From positions 7,812,001 to 7,876,000 of the forward strand of contig JBHGNT010000015.1 in assembly GCA_043228905.1 (NCBI GenBank): a stretch of 64,000 bases of DNA, written 5' to 3'. The stretch comes from Azolla caroliniana (taxonomy: Eukaryota > Plantae > Polypodiophyta). The position numbers were made by a program, and so were the translations under genes. A model generated the notes under the pieces. It ran no database searches. It was not told where the DNA came from and saw only the letters and a list, made by a program, of their open reading frames with translations. This document shows positions 1 through 11,370 of the stretch, one piece after another (the stretch's first letter is position 1; each line of letters begins with the position of its first letter).

Positions 1-3000
1 CTTGAAAAACCGATACAACCTAGAGTAGTCGCAACTGGAGACGACACTCCGCATCCGATCGCGAAAGTCGTAGAAGATCCCCTTAGCCATGTCGGGCAGA
101 AAGGGAAACTCATGAACGTGCTGCACGTTCCGACAATCACGAAGAACTTGGTCTCGGTCGGACAGATCGTCAACCAAGGGATGGAGGTTCGGTTTACACA
201 GCTCGGGTGCTTCATTGAGGAAGAAGGCCGTGTGATTGCGCAAGGGCGCAGAGACGGGAGGATGTTCATCCTCGACTCCACTGACGGCGGCACCGCAATG
301 TTCGCGAAGGGACAAAAATCCGAGTCGGACATCGACTTGTGGCACAAGCGGATAGGCCACGTCAACTACCAGCGGCTTCAAGATCTGCAATCGAAACAGG
401 TAGTGTTCGGATTGCCCAAATTCAGTGGCCGAAAGGCACAAATTTGTGAAGCCTGCCAGCTCGGGAAGCAACACAGACTTCCTTTCCCCAATGAGCGAAA
501 CCGGAGCCGGAACAAGCTTGACCTTATACACTCCGATGTATGGGGGCCGACACAAAACGTTAGTCTTGGCGGGAGCCGATATTTCGTCTCCTTCATCGAC
601 GACCACACGCAGTACACGTGGATCTACCTCGTTGAGAGGAAGAGCGAAGTCTTCGACTGTTTCCGGGACCTCAAAGGGTTCATGGAAAAGGAAACGGGAT
701 GAAAGATCAAGTGCCTGCGGTCGGATGGCGGGAAAGAGTACTTTTCTGGTCAATTCAACGGTTATCTACAACAAATGGGAATTCGGCGCGAATTCAGTTG
801 TAGATACACGCCGGAGTAGAATGGCGTGGCCGAGAGGAAGAATCAGTCAGTTGTGGAAGCGGCACGGGCCATGCTGGAGGAGAAGAGCTTGCCCAAGTTC
901 TACTGGGCCGTGGCGGTAAGGACCGTGGTATACATCCAGAACCGGATCGGAGACAAAGTGTCGGCGCACGAACTATATTTCGGAACGAAGCCAAACTTGC
1001 GACACTTGAGGGTGTTCAGTAGCATTGCGTATGTGCAGGTACCGAAGGAGAAAAGGAGGAAGCTGGATGCAAAGGCCGAGAAATGCATCTTGGTCGGTTA
1101 CTCGGACGAGCAGAAGGGTTATAAGTGCTATAACCCTCGCACCAAACAAGCGCGTGTTAGCCGCGACAATGTGTTTGACGAGTCCGCGTCCTGGTACCAG
1201 CCCCCGACTTCGAACCCCGACTCCAATCCGAGTTCTGACGATGAGGTCAGCGAGGCCGAGGTGCCTCCGGCGGAGCCCGAAATCGAGACCCGCGAAGAGA
1301 GTCCGATTTCACTCCGTTTAAGTGGACAGATTAGACGACTGAGTCGGTACGACCAGTCTGATGAAGAGCCGGCGAGTAGTGGAGACTCGGCCGTGCATTC
1401 CCCGCGTAGGAAGCCGAGGAGACGGCTTACGCGCAAAGAGAAAGGGAAGAAGAAGGTGTCAGATTCCGGCACGGATAGGAACGAGTTAGACTGACGCGAG
1501 TCCGACTCCGAAGGAACTGGTGACGGAACTTTAAAGGTGAAGTCTGTGTCGACCGAGAAGGCCTTGACATCGGCTAATGTGAGATTCCGCCGATCTACCC
1601 GCCAAAAGAATCTTGTTTTGCGGTTCAGATACAACGAGTACATGGCGCATCATTATGCGTAAATGACCCGTGTGGCGGAAGTGCGTGAGCCGGAGAGCTA
1701 CGTAGAAGCGGCTAAAGGCGCGAATTGGCGTGCCGCGATGGAGGAAGAGATGCACGCATTGGCGGAGAACGAGACCTGGGACCTGGTTGACGCACCAACA
1801 GGGGTAAAACCGATCGGGTGTAGGTGGGTGTACAAGGTCAAGTACAACACCGATGGCTCCGTCAACCGGTACAAGGCTCGGATAGTGGCAAAGGGCTACG
1901 CGCAGAAACACGGCATCGACTACGATGAGACATTTGCGCCGGTCGCGAAAATGACGATCGTCCGTGTTTTGCTCGCAGTAGCTGCGGTGAAGGGGTGGCA
2001 CTTACATCAGATGGATGTAAAGAATGCGTTCCTGCAAGGTGACCTTGAGGAACAGGTGTACATGGTACAACCCCCCGGATTTCACTCTGGAACGAACTCC
2101 TCGGCAGTATACCGACTAAAGAAGTCCCTTTACGGACTGAAGCAAGCCCCGCGTGCCTAGAACGCGAAGATCACGCAACAACTGCGTCGGATGGGCTTCG
2201 TCACGTCAAAATCGGACTCTTCCCTGTTCATCCGGAAAGGTCGACTCAGTCCGGTTAGTATTTTACTATATGTTGATGACTTGGTCATCACCGGCACCGA
2301 CCTAGGTGAAATTGACCGCGTGAAGCTCCAGCTTGCGGCATCGTTCGACATGAAGGATCTGGGGGACCTTCGTTACTTCCTCAGGATCGAAGTGATCCGT
2401 ACCCCCGAAGGCATATTGATCAGCCAACGTCATTACGTGCTGAGTATGCTCTTCAAATTCGGGATGGCCGACTGTAAGTCCGTCTCGACTCCTTTGGAAA
2501 GAACCGTCAAGCTTCGTCCCGATACGGGAAAGGTATGCGACTCGACGAGGTTCCGAAAAATTGTCGGAAGCCTCATATACTTGACCATCACTCGACCCGA
2601 CCTCAGTTATCCGGTCGGAGTGATCAGTCAGTTCATGGCGCGACCTACCGAGGAGCACCTTCAGTGTGCGCAACGCATACTTCGGTATGTCAACGGCACT
2701 AAGGACCGGGGACTACTATATCGGACCGGTGCAGCCGCGCAGCTAGTCGGCTACACCGATGCTGATTGGGCTGGGAACGCCGTCGATCGCCGATCCACGT
2801 CCGGATACGTGTTCTCCCTCGGGAGTGCTGCGATCGCGTGGAGCAGTAAGAAGCAGCCGACAGTTGCACTGTCGAGCACCGAAGCTGAGTACCGAGGAGC
2901 GGCTGTCGCGACATGCGAAGCCATATGGTTGAAGCGGCTACTTAAGGACCTGCAAGAGGAGGTGTTAGATCCGACGACGATCTACTGCGACAACCTCAGT

Positions 3001-3764
3001 AGCATCCAGCTCGCGAAAAACCCCGTTTTCCACGCATGGACCAAGCACATTGAGGTGCACTACCATTTCGTCCGTGAGCGTGTCCTTTCCGGTGAAGTCG
3101 AACTTCAGTACGTTCTGACGGATCGGCAAGCTGCCGACATCTTCACCAAGCCTCTTGGTCTGGAGAAGTTGCGGCAATTCTCAGGTGCGCTTGGATTGCG
3201 TCACCTCGACGTTCCTAACTTGAGGGGAGAACAATCCCGAACGACCAAGCAAGATAGCAGGAAAGGAGTGGAGACCGCGACACCAAGTCGGTTGACTCAG
3301 TTGGGTAGTTCGACCTCGGATCGGCTGAAGAAGCCGAGGGCAGACCCGCGGAAAAGTCCGGAAGCGGACAGAAGGGGAGTAGCCGAAGGAGAAAGCCGAA
3401 GCCAACCACGCATGGGGAAGATGACGCCATCGAGGGAGAGAAGACCGAAGACGAGTTGGAGACAGCCAACTCGGACGAGAGCGAAAACCGATCGGAGGTA
3501 GCCGAGTCGGTTCGGATGTTTGATTCAGATACGCTGAATCAACCGAGGCCCAAGCGGAAGAAAAGGCAGCAGGAGAAGCGTCAACACCGCAACAACAGAA
3601 GAGCTGATAAGGGCCATGTGAGCAGACAAGCCGACCGGAAGGGTCGAAGCGCGCGGAGTCGAACAGGTCGAGGAGCGCGAGCGAGGCGTGAAGCCAGGAG
3701 GAACTGGAGCTATGAGCCCGAAGATCCAGAAGAGCCTCAAGTTGAGCTTGAGGGGGAGTGTTGA
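1..3764 (+). pseudogene. pol: Copia pol (GAG-pre-integrase, integrase, RT, RNase H, charged C-terminal extension), with several stops/frameshifts
   Basis: [54 protein letters not shown] motifs in ORFs 112-702, 826-1494, 1663-2160, 2191-3501, 3456-3764. Confidence 0.95.
3750..3758 (+). promoter_or_regulatory. Polypurine tract of Copia-A copy 1
   Basis: GAGGGGGAG directly abutting TGTTGAG. Confidence 0.9.
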
Positions 3765-4200
3765 GAGACAAGCTCAACATCGGCCGGATCAGCTGAAGAA
3801 GCCGAGGACCAGATCGGTTGGGACCGATCGGTTAGGCCGAATGCGTAAACCAGTATGCAGACCGGTGCGTAGGTAGGGCCGGATCAGTGCGTAAACCGGG
3901 AGGCCGTTAGGAAAGATATTCCGTAAGGAATATATTTGGGAGTTAGTGTCGGAGCTCTCAATGAGCATTGAAGTACTGTCAGTACTTCTGTCAGTCCTTC
4001 TAGGACTTGTATAAAAGTGTTCATTGAACACACATATGTATAGAGTCGTGAATAGAGGTTGAATATAGTTCTTGTGTTTTCTCTCTCTCACTCTCTCTAT
4101 CTCTCCCGCGTATACTGCATAAGCTCAAGCTCTCCATTAAACCTGAGTTTTCTTCCTTCTGTTCGGTCTTCACACTTGCTTCCGCACGCTACTTTTTACA
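3759..4200 (+). repeat. 3' LTR of Copia-A copy 1 (442 bp)
   Basis: TGTTGAGAG...TTTTACA; homologous to 38517-38908, 44109-44484 and 63680-64000. Confidence 0.92.
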
Positions 4201-4265
4201 ATAGGCTAAGGGATAAAAAATGTAAATTATATATATTACACACAAATTTTATATTATATCTATAT

Positions 4266-4471
4266 TGTGGTGTCCCTTTTATGTGAGTGCATCCTCTTAA
4301 CACACCACCCTTTTAGCACACCATTGGTTTTAGCCCACCCTTTTAGCACACCCTTTTGGGACGCATGTAGCTAGGCTTGCCCAAAATGGGTACCTTTGTA
4401 TCTTCTATAAATTGAACGATAAGTAAGAAGCTAGGCAAGTTGGTTTGGTTTCCTTTTATGTGCATTTCACA
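4266..4471 (+). repeat. Putative short 5' LTR of Gypsy-X (~206 bp)
   Basis: TGTG...CACA termini, TATAAA at ~4406, internal CCACCCTTTTAGCACACC repeat, PBS 4 nt downstream; partner LTR not in window. Confidence 0.55.
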
Positions 4472-4475
4472 TAAT

Positions 4476-4493
4476 TGGTGGAGAAGCGGGGTA
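4476..4493 (+). promoter_or_regulatory. Primer binding site, tRNA-Ala type
   Basis: TGGTGGAGAAGCGGGGTA is complementary (1 mismatch) to the plant tRNA-Ala 3' end TACCCCGCATCTCCACCA as I recall it; lies just before gag ATG 4520. Confidence 0.75.
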
Positions 4494-4519
4494 AAATTTT
4501 AGTGATTACGACCTTGTTC

Positions 4520-6765
4520 ATGGCAATCCCAATCCCTCCCGTCGCCTCAAACGTTGATACCCCGATGGAGCCCGAGTTCTCACAACCTCACGAACGACCA
4601 CCCCCTTTCCAAATGGAACAGCTCTTCCAACTCCTCTCCAACGCCATGCTTCAAATCAACTACAAAAATCAAGTTATGCTCTGAGCCTTCCTCTCCGCTA
4701 ACAACGACTGCACTCAAGATCGGCCAAATTTCAAGGTTCGCTCGAAGTCTTTCTGTAGCTTGCCTTCCGAGGATGTCTTAGCCTGGTTGGACCACTTTGA
4801 GATGATCTCCAGTTACTATCGACGGTTTGATGAGCGCAAAGCTTTGGAAGTTCGTACCCTGCTCGAAAATGTCGCCGCCACCTAGTACGTCCAACAATTA
4901 AGTGATGTGACAGAGAACTGGGTGATCCTCGTGCAAAATTTCACCCATCAAAATTTAGCCCAAATGGCATTACAACAACTCGAAACGTTGTAGCAACAAG
5001 GACACGAACCCGTGGGCCAATTTGGTGTTCTCTTCAATCAACTCCTGATTTGTGCTGACCCTACCATGCCCGAGCATGTGGAGCTTTTCTTCTTATGGCC
5101 CCATTTGTGCCATGACATTACTTGCCGCGCTCGGGACCAAGGTCTCAAGACATTCAACAACGCCATCCTCATTGCCCAACTCATTGAAGCTTGTACGTTA
5201 TCTGACTCCCAACCACGTTGGCCTCATCCATCATCGACCAACTTGCGTGTCCAATACCAAGGCGCGGCCCCGATGGACATTGATATCCAAAACATGCAAC
5301 TGCAGGCTCGCTGCAAACTTCCCAATCACGATGGCCAAGGGTGCCTGAAGTGTTTCTATTGCAACAATTATGGACACGTCCGATGTCACTACCGGAAATT
5401 GCAACAACAGTCTCACAAGCAACAAGTTCAGATAACTATGGCTGATGCGGCATCGTTGGCTGAGCTTCCGGTAAATTGACTTCCGAGGTGCTGATGGAAG
5501 AGCCAACCCTCCACATCCAAGCGTCCGCCTCTTCCAGTTTGCAGGTATGCACCACTCTCGCCACCATTAATCATTGCACCCACACCATCTTGTTAGACTT
5601 TGGTAGTAGTATCTCTTCCATTAGCACCGCCTTAGTTCATCAGTTAGGTCTCTCCACATCCACCGCTCCTTTCATTCAAGTCCTTTTTGGCGATCACCAA
5701 CATCTTTACCACTCTCCCATGCAAGCTCACTGCACCTTCACCTTAGGCACTCTCACCTTCTCACACCACTTTTATGACTTGCCCCACCAACTCTTCCCCC
5801 CCACCTTAGGTTGTGATTGGTTCCTGAAGTGTCGTGTTGTGATTGATTTCGATGCCCATAAACTTTGTGTCCCACATGCTCCCCCTATCCCCTTCTACAC
5901 GATAGCTCCCCTGTCCCCCACCTTAGCCAAGTCTAGGTGGCCCTTAGTCCATAGGAGCGATTGGTCTCCATCCGCCAATTATTAGCTCGTTTTCCGTCAC
6001 TAACCCTCCAACCCACACATGCTCCTACTGTCTCTTTCCCGGTACAACATGCCATTCGTACCGGGGAAGCCACTCCGATCCGCATGGCTACCCGCCGACG
6101 TTCCCCCCTCGACCACGATCGCATCGATGTTGCCGTCACCAACATGCTCACCAAATTTATTATCATTCTGTCCACCAACGATTGGGTTTTGTAACCCCAC
6201 CTAGTCAAGAAGGATGATGTCACCTTCCATTTTTGCATCGACTTCAGGCCTCTCAACAAAGTGACTATCCATGACCTCTACTCGCTCCCTCGCAGGGACA
6301 ACCTCTTGGATCAAATCGGTGGATCCCATTATTTCACCTCCCTGGACTTAGCCTCGAGATATTGGCAAATCCCCCTAAATTCTTGTGACGCCCACAAGAC
6401 CGCATTCCGCACACACCGCGGGCTATTCCAATTCACGTGCATGTCGTTTGGCCTGTCGGATCCCGGCAACACATTCCAGCGCATGGCAAACTCCATCTTC
6501 ACCACCCTTATTAGCAAAGGTGTCCTCCTTGTTTATCTCGATGACATCCTTATCCACACGGGCACTTGGGAGGACCATCTACGAACTCTCGCCGAAGTCC
6601 TCGCTTGCATAACTAAGCATAACTTGCAACTCCAATGGAAGAAGTGTCGATGGGGAAGTACCAGCCTCCGTTTTCTCAACTTCATAATCTCTGGCGACGG
6701 AATCCGTATGGACCCTGCAAAGGTGGCAACCATCACCGACTATCCCCGCCCCACCTCAATAAAAT
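4520..6765 (+). pseudogene. Gypsy-X gag (CCHC knuckle), protease and RT
   Basis: APMDID and CFYCNNYGH; LLDFGS and LGCDW protease motifs; LDLASRYWQI, MSFGL, VYLDD. Confidence 0.9.
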
Positions 6766-7187
6766 TGTGAATGTTAATCTGCGGAAGCGTCAAACAGAAC
6801 CAGCTTAGCCGGATAGCAACAGAAAATGAGATGATGGTTTAATGGCAAATCTTAAACACAGAGTATATACGAGAGAGATAGAGAGAGCAGAACATAGAAC
6901 TATATTCCAAAAATTTACTCTAAAACTTTGTACATACAACGTGCTCAACAACACTATTTATACAAGTCCTAAGAGGACTGACAGAAGTACAATGTACTTC
7001 AATGCTCACACGAGCATCTGACACTAATTATGAGACATTAACTACTTAGTAGTCTAGGCTGCTATTAGGTTTTCGGTTGCTGCTTGATCTGGCTAACCGG
7101 CTCCCCAGCTCACTTGCTCACCGGCTCACTGATCTGGTTCATCCTTCCGGATGCCGATCTGGATCTGGTTGAGCTTGCCTCTCAACA
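6766..7187 (-). repeat. 3' LTR of Copia-A copy 2; PPT at 7188-7196
   Basis: TGTGAA...CTCAACA followed by CTCCCCCTC on + strand. Confidence 0.9.
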
Positions 7188-10100
7188 CTCCCCCTCAAGC
7201 TCAACTTGAGGTCGGATCGTCGTGTTAGTCTCCATGGCAGTCGGTCCTTCCACCCGGCTCCTTCTGACATCACTCCGCCTCGCTCGCGCTCCTCGTCCGG
7301 TCCGGCCCCGTTTGCCGCGACCCCTCTAGTTCTGCACACCTTGAACTCCTCGGTCGGCTTGTCTGCTCAACAGGCCCAATTCAACTCCTTCACTGCTGTG
7401 ACTCCTGCGCTTGTCGACCTGCCGATTCCTTCGTGTTGACTTCCATTGCCTTCTCGTCCGCTTGGCCTTGAGTTGATCCGGTTCTTCCGAATCCATTTGT
7501 TGAACCGAATCAGCTGTCTCCGACTTGTTCCAGCTCTTGTCCGAATCGGTCGCTCCCGATTCGTCTTCTGGTTCCAGGCCCTTCACCACATCGCACCATG
7601 TCTGGGTCTTGGCCTTCCTCTTCCGGTCGGCTCTATGCTTCTTGACTCTGCCGCCGTCGCTACTTGTTCCGACTTGTTCAGATGTGTCAAATTCCTTTGT
7701 CGACTCGGCTCCTTTCTTCTTCTTATCTCTCCCTTTGTCAGTTCTTCCCTCACCGGCGCAATCGGCAATTTCTTTGCCTTTGCCTATTCCGGTGTCTTTG
7801 CCCATTCTCCCCCTCAAGTGCGGAATGTCGAGATGCTGAACACCAAGCATTTCGGTGAAGTGCTGCAACTTGTCCGATCTAAGCGGTTTGGTGAAGATGT
7901 CGGCAACTTGCCAATTTGTATGAACATACCGAAGTTCGACTTCACCGCTCAGGACACGCTCACGCACGAAGTGGTAGCGCACTTCTATGTGCTTTGTGAG
8001 AGCATGGAATACGGGGTGATTGGCGAGCTGCATACTGCTTATGTTGTCGTAGTGGATCAGGATCAGGGTCGACACCTCAATTCGTAGGTCTTGCAGCAGT
8101 CACTGAAGCCAAATGGCTTCACATGTGGCAACGGTAGCGCCCCGGTATTCAGCCTCAGTGCTCGAAAGGGCCACTGTTGGCTGCTTTTTGCTGCTCCACA
8201 CAACAGCTGCGCTACTAAGGGAAAACATATAGCCGGAGGTGGATCGGCGATCCGATGCATCGCCAACCTAGTCAGCATCGGTGTAGCCGACTAGCTCTTC
8301 GGTTATACCATGTCGGTATAACAGACCTCGGTCCTTCATGCCGCTCACATATTGCAAAATTTGATGAGCGCACAGAAGGTGCTCCATGGTCGGCTTCTGC
8401 ATATATTGGCTGATCACGCCGACCGGATAGTTGATGTCGGGTCGGGTGATTGTCAAATATATAAGGCTTCCGACGATTTGTCGGAACCGCTTGTCATCGC
8501 AAGCCGGTTCGGAGTTGGGACAAAGCTTTTGGTTCCGGTCCAGGGGTGTGGAGATCGGTCGACATTCCGTCATGCCAAACTTGTACAACATATTCAACAC
8601 ATAGTGTCTTTGTGAGAGCAATATGTCGTCGGGGGTTCGGATCACCTCGATCCCAAGGAAATAGTGAAGGTCCCCTAGGTCCTTCATCTCAAATTCGTCT
8701 GACAACTGGGACTTGACTCGGCTGATTTCGTCGAGTCCGGGTCCGGTGATGACTAGATCATCAACATACAGCAAGATGCAAACCGGACCGTCCGAACCTT
8801 GCCGGATGAACAACGAAGAGTCGGACTTGGAGGCTGCAAACCCCATCTAACGCAACCGGTGTGTGATCTTTGCATTGTAATCTCTGGGGGCTTGCTTCAG
8901 GCCATAAAGTGACTTCTTTAGCCGGCATACCGCCGACTTGTTCATCTCCAACTAGAAACCGGGGGGTGGGTCATAAAGACCTCTTCTTCAAGATCGCCTT
9001 CAAGGAATGCATTCTTCACGTCCATCTGGTGAAGAGGCCACCCCCTTGCCGTAGCAACCGGTAGCACCACACAAACCGTCGTCATCTTCGCTACCGGAGC
9101 AAAGGTCTTGTCGTAGTCGATTCTGTGGGTCTCCGCGTATCCCTTCGCCACTAACCGGGCCTTGTACCGGTTAACTGAACCGTCGACATTGTACTTTACC
9201 TTGTATGCCCACTTACATCCGATCGGTTTATAGTGTCGGGGAGGGTCAACTAGGTCCCATGTGTCTTTGGCATCAAGTGCCCGCATTTCTTCCTCCATAG
9301 CGGCACGCGGATTTGTGTCCTTTGCCGCTTTTGCGTAACTCTCCGGCTCACGCACTTCCGCCATCTTGGTCATGTATGCATAGTGATGCGCCATGTATTC
9401 GTTGTACCCGTACCGCTTCACGGGGTTCTTTTGGCGGGAAGACCGGCATAACTTAGCGTTACCTGGTTTGAGGCCCTTCTTGGCCGGTTCGGTCTTCATT
9501 GCCGAAGATCCGCCTTCTTCCTTACCGGAGTTAGATCCGTTCCGATCTGACTCACCATTGCCGGTCTCGTGTTCCGACATCTTCTTCTTCCCCTTCTCCT
9601 TGCACGTGAACCGTCTCCTTGGTTCCTTGCGCGGGGAGAGCACGACGGAGTCTCCACTACTCGCCGGTTCATCATCCAACTGGTCTGTCAGACCCAGTCG
9701 CTCGTTCGTCCCGCCCAACCGAAACGATTCCGGACTCTCATCTAGAGTCTCAAACCCTTCGTCTTCTAACTGGACCGGTTCAGGCTCACTAGCCTCATCC
9801 TCCAGTATCGGGTCAGGGTCAGAAGTCGGAGCCGGTAAGGCATACCATGATGCCGTCTCATCAAACTCAACATCCCAGCTTACTCGGACCTGCTTCGTCC
9901 GGGGGGTATAACACTTATACCCCTTTTGCTCATGCGAGTAACCGATCAGGATGCATTTCTCCGACTTTGCATCCAACTTCCTCTGCTTCACATCCGGCAC
10001 ATGCACATATGCAATACTACAGAATATCCGAAGGTGTCTCAAATTTGTCTTGCGCCCGAAATACAGCTCATGCGCAAACACCTTGTCACCGATCCGGTTT

Positions 10101-10802
10101 TGGATATAGACGGCCGTCCGGACCGCCTCAGCCTAGTACAATTTGGGCATGCTCTTTTCCTCAAGCATCACCCTTGCCGTGTCGATAATCAACCGGTTCT
10201 CCCTCTCGGCCACACCGTTTTGCTCTGGTGTGTATTTGCAGGTTAACTCTCTCCGAATTCCTTTTTGCTGCAGATAACTATTGAATTGGCCGGAAAAATA
10301 TTCTTTTCCGCCATCTGACCGCATGCACTTGATCTTCCTCTCAGTTTCCTGGTCAACCAAGCTTTGCAGGTTCCAAAAACACTCCAAGACTTCGTTCTTC
10401 CTCTCGATGAGGTAGATCCATGTGTGCCGGCTATAGTCGTCAATGAAGGAGATGAAATATCGACTCCCGCCAAGACTAAGTTTCCATGCCGTTCCCCATA
10501 CATCCGAATGAATAAGGTCGAGCTTGTTACGGCTACGGTTTCGTTCGGCGGGGAATGGATGCCGGTGTTGCTTCCCGAGTTGGCAGGCTTCACATATTTG
10601 GACCTTTCGGCCACTGAACTTCGGCAAATTGAAAACAACTTGTTTTGTTTGTAGGTCTTGAAGCCTCTGGTAATTGGCGTGGCCGATCCGCTTGTGCCAG
10701 AGATCGATGTCCGATTCAATCTTCTATCCTTTGGTAAACAAAGTGGTGCTGACATCACTGGTGTCGGGGATGAACATCCTCCCATCTCTGCGCCCTTGTG
10801 CA
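7182..10802 (-). pseudogene. pol: Copia pol (IN, RT, RNase H, extension) of copy 2
   Basis: ORFs 10133-10627, 8942-10081, 8268-8846, 7326-8075 with [27 protein letters not shown]. Confidence 0.93.
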
Positions 10803-11039
10803 TGTTAGGATTTCGGTCCCTCCGGACAGGATGATGAAGGCCCGGTGAGAACCTCTCACCGGATGCAGGGACATATATGTAAATATGTTCCAGAGAGCCC
10901 ACTGGGGCTATATTTGTAAATAGTCTGAAAGTCATATTAGTATAAATATGACCTAGGGCAAACTGTTGAGTGTGTATCATTGTGTTGTCATTTTTCTGTT
11001 GTATAGAGTTATTCGTGTAACTGTTGTATAGAGCGTAGC

Positions 11040-11092
<53 letters not shown>

Positions 11093-11339
11093 CTCTATTG
11101 TAACCACCGCCAGGCGACGAGTGTGAGCATGAGGTCGTTGCCTCTGTGCCCCCTATTGTATTCTTTGACATAGTGATAGTTTGTAGTTCGTGGGCTCCAA
11201 TGGTTTTTCCCATTTTGGGTTTTGCACGTTAACATACTGTATACACTCTCTTTCAGTGTTTTGTGTATACGTTCATCTATCTCCACATTCCCATTCTCAA
11301 AGACGTGACTGAAGACTAGTTGTGCGCATATTCTCGTCA
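10803..11339 (+). repeat. 5' LTR of Copia-T copy 1, with (GA)n tract 11042-11090
   Basis: TGTTAGG...CGTCA, matches 24321-24955. Confidence 0.92.
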
Positions 11340-11342
11340 ATC

Positions 11343-11354
11343 TGGTATCAGAGC
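11343..11354 (+). promoter_or_regulatory. PBS, initiator tRNA-Met
   Basis: TGGTATCAGAGC. Confidence 0.95.
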
Positions 11355-11370
11355 AAAAGGACACAGAAAA

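Larger units (their letters stand above)
1..4200 (+). mobile_element. Ty1/Copia LTR retrotransposon, Copia-A copy 1 (5' part outside window)
   Basis: Domain order PR-IN-RT-RH; PPT then LTR TG...CA; near-identical to the complete copy at 38517-44484. Confidence 0.95.

Noticed and set aside
3181-3780. Antisense ORFs of ~200 aa recurring at 3181, 7446 and 43498
   Set aside because: Shadow of the purine-rich sense extension; frames are not consistent between copies and the starts lie in LTR sequence.
4201-4265. Possible host sequence or gene remnant
   Set aside because: 65 bp of AT-rich DNA with no interpretable feature.
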